64,000 nucleotides of DNA from the human T2T-CHM13v2.0 reference genome, Homo sapiens: NCBI RefSeq assembly GCF_009914755.1, contig NC_060933.1; one strand, 5' to 3'. The translations under genes were made by a program, and so were the position numbers. Below, piece after piece: positions 61,164 to 64,000 of the stretch; the stretch's first letter is position 1; each line of letters starts with the position of its first letter. The notes below the pieces were generated by a model, which saw only the letters and a list, made by a program, of their open reading frames with translations, searched no databases and was not told the origin of the DNA.

Positions 61164-61636
61164 TCATGATGTCAACGTAGCCATATATACTTAAGATTTG
61201 AGGTTCATTTTTAACAATAGTGTATATAAGTCCTTATTTAAAATAGTCTTGCTAATTTCAAGTTTTGCAGACAACTTGTTAAATCTAATTAGGTATTTTT
61301 TTAACTTTGTGTTTTGGTTGATATCCTAAAAGTAGAAGTGTCAGCTCCATTACTGTTTGCTTGTATTCATAGTCTTCAATCTGTGGTTTCTTTGCAAGAG
61401 TTTTGAGCCACTTGTCTATTCAATGAGGATTTAGCTTCATTAAACCGTATACTATAATCTGTAAATCCATGTAACTGTGCTCCTGTAAAGCACTGCTTTG
61501 CAATACCATTCTTTCTTAAGAGTGTCTCATAGTGTAGGTTATATAGGGACTAGTGAGCGTACTAGTGCCGATCCATGTACTAAATATTAACAAAGCTCAA
61601 TTTCTTATTTATTAGATAGATAGAAAATTAATATAA

Positions 61637-61952
<316 letters not shown>

Positions 61953-63340
61953 TGAGATTACAGGCATGAGCCACTGTGCTGGCCTAACTCTACGTATTCT
62001 TTAGGCAGTCCCTTGATAAGTATAATACCTCTCAGCCAGGTTATTGAGTGTCAGTCAATTAGGGATTATTCTACCTGGAAATTACTTGAAGTTATGGGTA
62101 TTCTGTGATGCTGAATAAGAACAAGAGGGGCCATGAGTATAACTGGGGCTAGGATTGGCATTCTTCTGTAAACATTGAGCCTTCTAACCATACTTACTTC
62201 TTGGTTATGAGATACTATGCCATAAAGGATAACTAGAGTCATTTTATCCAGCTAAAATTTTGCATATTCACCTTGACCATAAAAAGTCTCAATAAAGATG
62301 TATGATGTGTAAAACAAAATGAGGTATTATGTAGATTTAAAAAAAAATGGAATGATAAAGTTTTCAGTGAGTTTTGAACCCCCCAAAAATATGTAGAGAG
62401 TGGGGGAGATGCCTTCTGCAGGCCAGGTCTAAGTGTCTGTAGGTGTCCAGAAATGGAGTTCTGTGTTTGAGTTGTGCTGAATGAAATCTCTTCTGTCTAG
62501 AGCATCTGCAGCAGTCTTTTGGTGGTTTAATTCTTTCTGCTTTTTTCTCTACTTCCTTGTTTCCCCCCTCCAAATGGATAGAGCTTTCTGAAGTGTGTGT
62601 GTTGCATATCTTTGTGGCTATTGCACATGGTTGATCAGAAAAAATAAAATGTTTGCTGGCGTGCATATTCTCATCCTTTTGTCACAAAAGTAATACTTAA
62701 CATGCATGAGTTTTGTTACTTACCAGGCTGTGCTCTAAATGAGGTGGTTGCTATTATTGTCTTCCTCTTACAGATGAAGAAATGAAGGGACAGAGACCTT
62801 AAATAACTTATTCAGGGTCTTATAGCTAGTGAGTAGCAGAGCTGGGATTTGAACCCTAGCAGTCAAGCTGGCAGCCCATTCTTATAACCACAATGAAATA
62901 TTGTTTCTCAGCTCTGTAGTTGCTAGTCACCTAAGAATCACAGATGCCTAGAGGAAGAAGGATCCCCTCCCAAGCATCTTTTTATGCTTATTAATTTGGG
63001 AAATTTCCCAGACATCCCATCTTTTCTGATTTACTAAGGCTACAAGTTAGTTCTCCCAATTCATTTAGGTATTACTGTGCATAGGCTTTCCCACGCATTT
63101 TAGGTGTCACCCCGCAAGGATACTTACTGGTCCTTGTTTCCTTCATCAGCAGCATTAGAGCATTGCAGTAATCAGTTATTTTCAAGATCCATTCCAGCTC
63201 TGAGTAGCTATAAGTTCTTTGACTTCTGTTTCTTCACATTCAATTTTTCTTGTTTCAGCCTAGCATTCTCTTCCTTTTTTTTTTTTTTTTTTTGAGATGG
63301 AGTCTCGCTCTGTCTCCCAGGCTGGAGTGCAGTGGCGTGA

Positions 63341-63511
<171 letters not shown>

Positions 63512-64000
63512 TGATCCGCCTGCCTTGGCCTCCTAAAGTGCTGGGATTACAGCCATGAGCCACCGCACCCAGCTGCATTCCCTTCTTTTGAGATTTTGAA
63601 TCTTGATTCTGCACTCATGTAGTAACAGCTGTCCCTGCCAGCATTGCACCTGCCAACATTTGCACATTTCTTAAATATCCCTAAACTAAGTTGTTCATTA
63701 AAAAACTGAATAGAGGCTGGGCGCAGTGGCTCACGCCTGCAATCCCAGCACTTTGGGAGACTGAGGTGGGCGAATCACGAGGTCAGGAGCTCGAAATCAG
63801 CCTGGCCAACACGGTGAAACCCCATCTCTACTAAAAATACAAAAAAATTTAGCCGGGCATAGTGGTGCATGCCTGTAATCCTAGGTACTCAGGAGGCTGA
63901 AGCAGGAGAATTGCTTGAACCTGGGAGGCGGAGGTTGCCATGAGGTGAGATCACGCCTCTGCCCTCCAGTCTGAATGACAGAGTGAGACTCTGTCTCAGG

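Overview
Primate (almost certainly human) genomic DNA containing the promoter and 5' half of MELK (maternal embryonic leucine zipper kinase, AMPK/Snf1 family) on the + strand. It comprises a CpG-island promoter with non-coding exon 1 (ends 15740) and seven coding exons (24410-50397) that splice with GT-AG junctions into residues 1-222 of the kinase domain; the window ends inside the long intron after exon 8. The rest is mostly transposable elements: very dense Alus, two MER41 solo LTRs (one with tandem GAS motifs and a perfect 4-bp TSD), a MER57-like LTR just upstream of the promoter, a decayed Tigger1, MLT/MST LTRs, MER44, Tigger4/MER46, L1M, L2 and MIR fragments, and a 29-bp AT-rich minisatellite. 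The most notable object is an antisense SVA in intron 8 (57149-58819). It lacks the (CCCTCT)n head and instead begins with a piece of MAST2 exon 1 spliced onto the Alu-like domain, i.e. the human-specific SVA_F1 (MAST2-SVA) subfamily. It sits in a nested L2>L1M>Alu/SVA stack next to a 22-bp fold-back with a 25-bp duplication. I find no support for a wholly new biological system. The best leads are locus-specific: the SVA_F1 copy, LTR-derived regulatory motifs, a candidate 9-nt uATG micro-exon, and two fossil template-switch rearrangements. Repeat subfamily names come from remembered consensus sequences and need RepeatMasker/Dfam confirmation.
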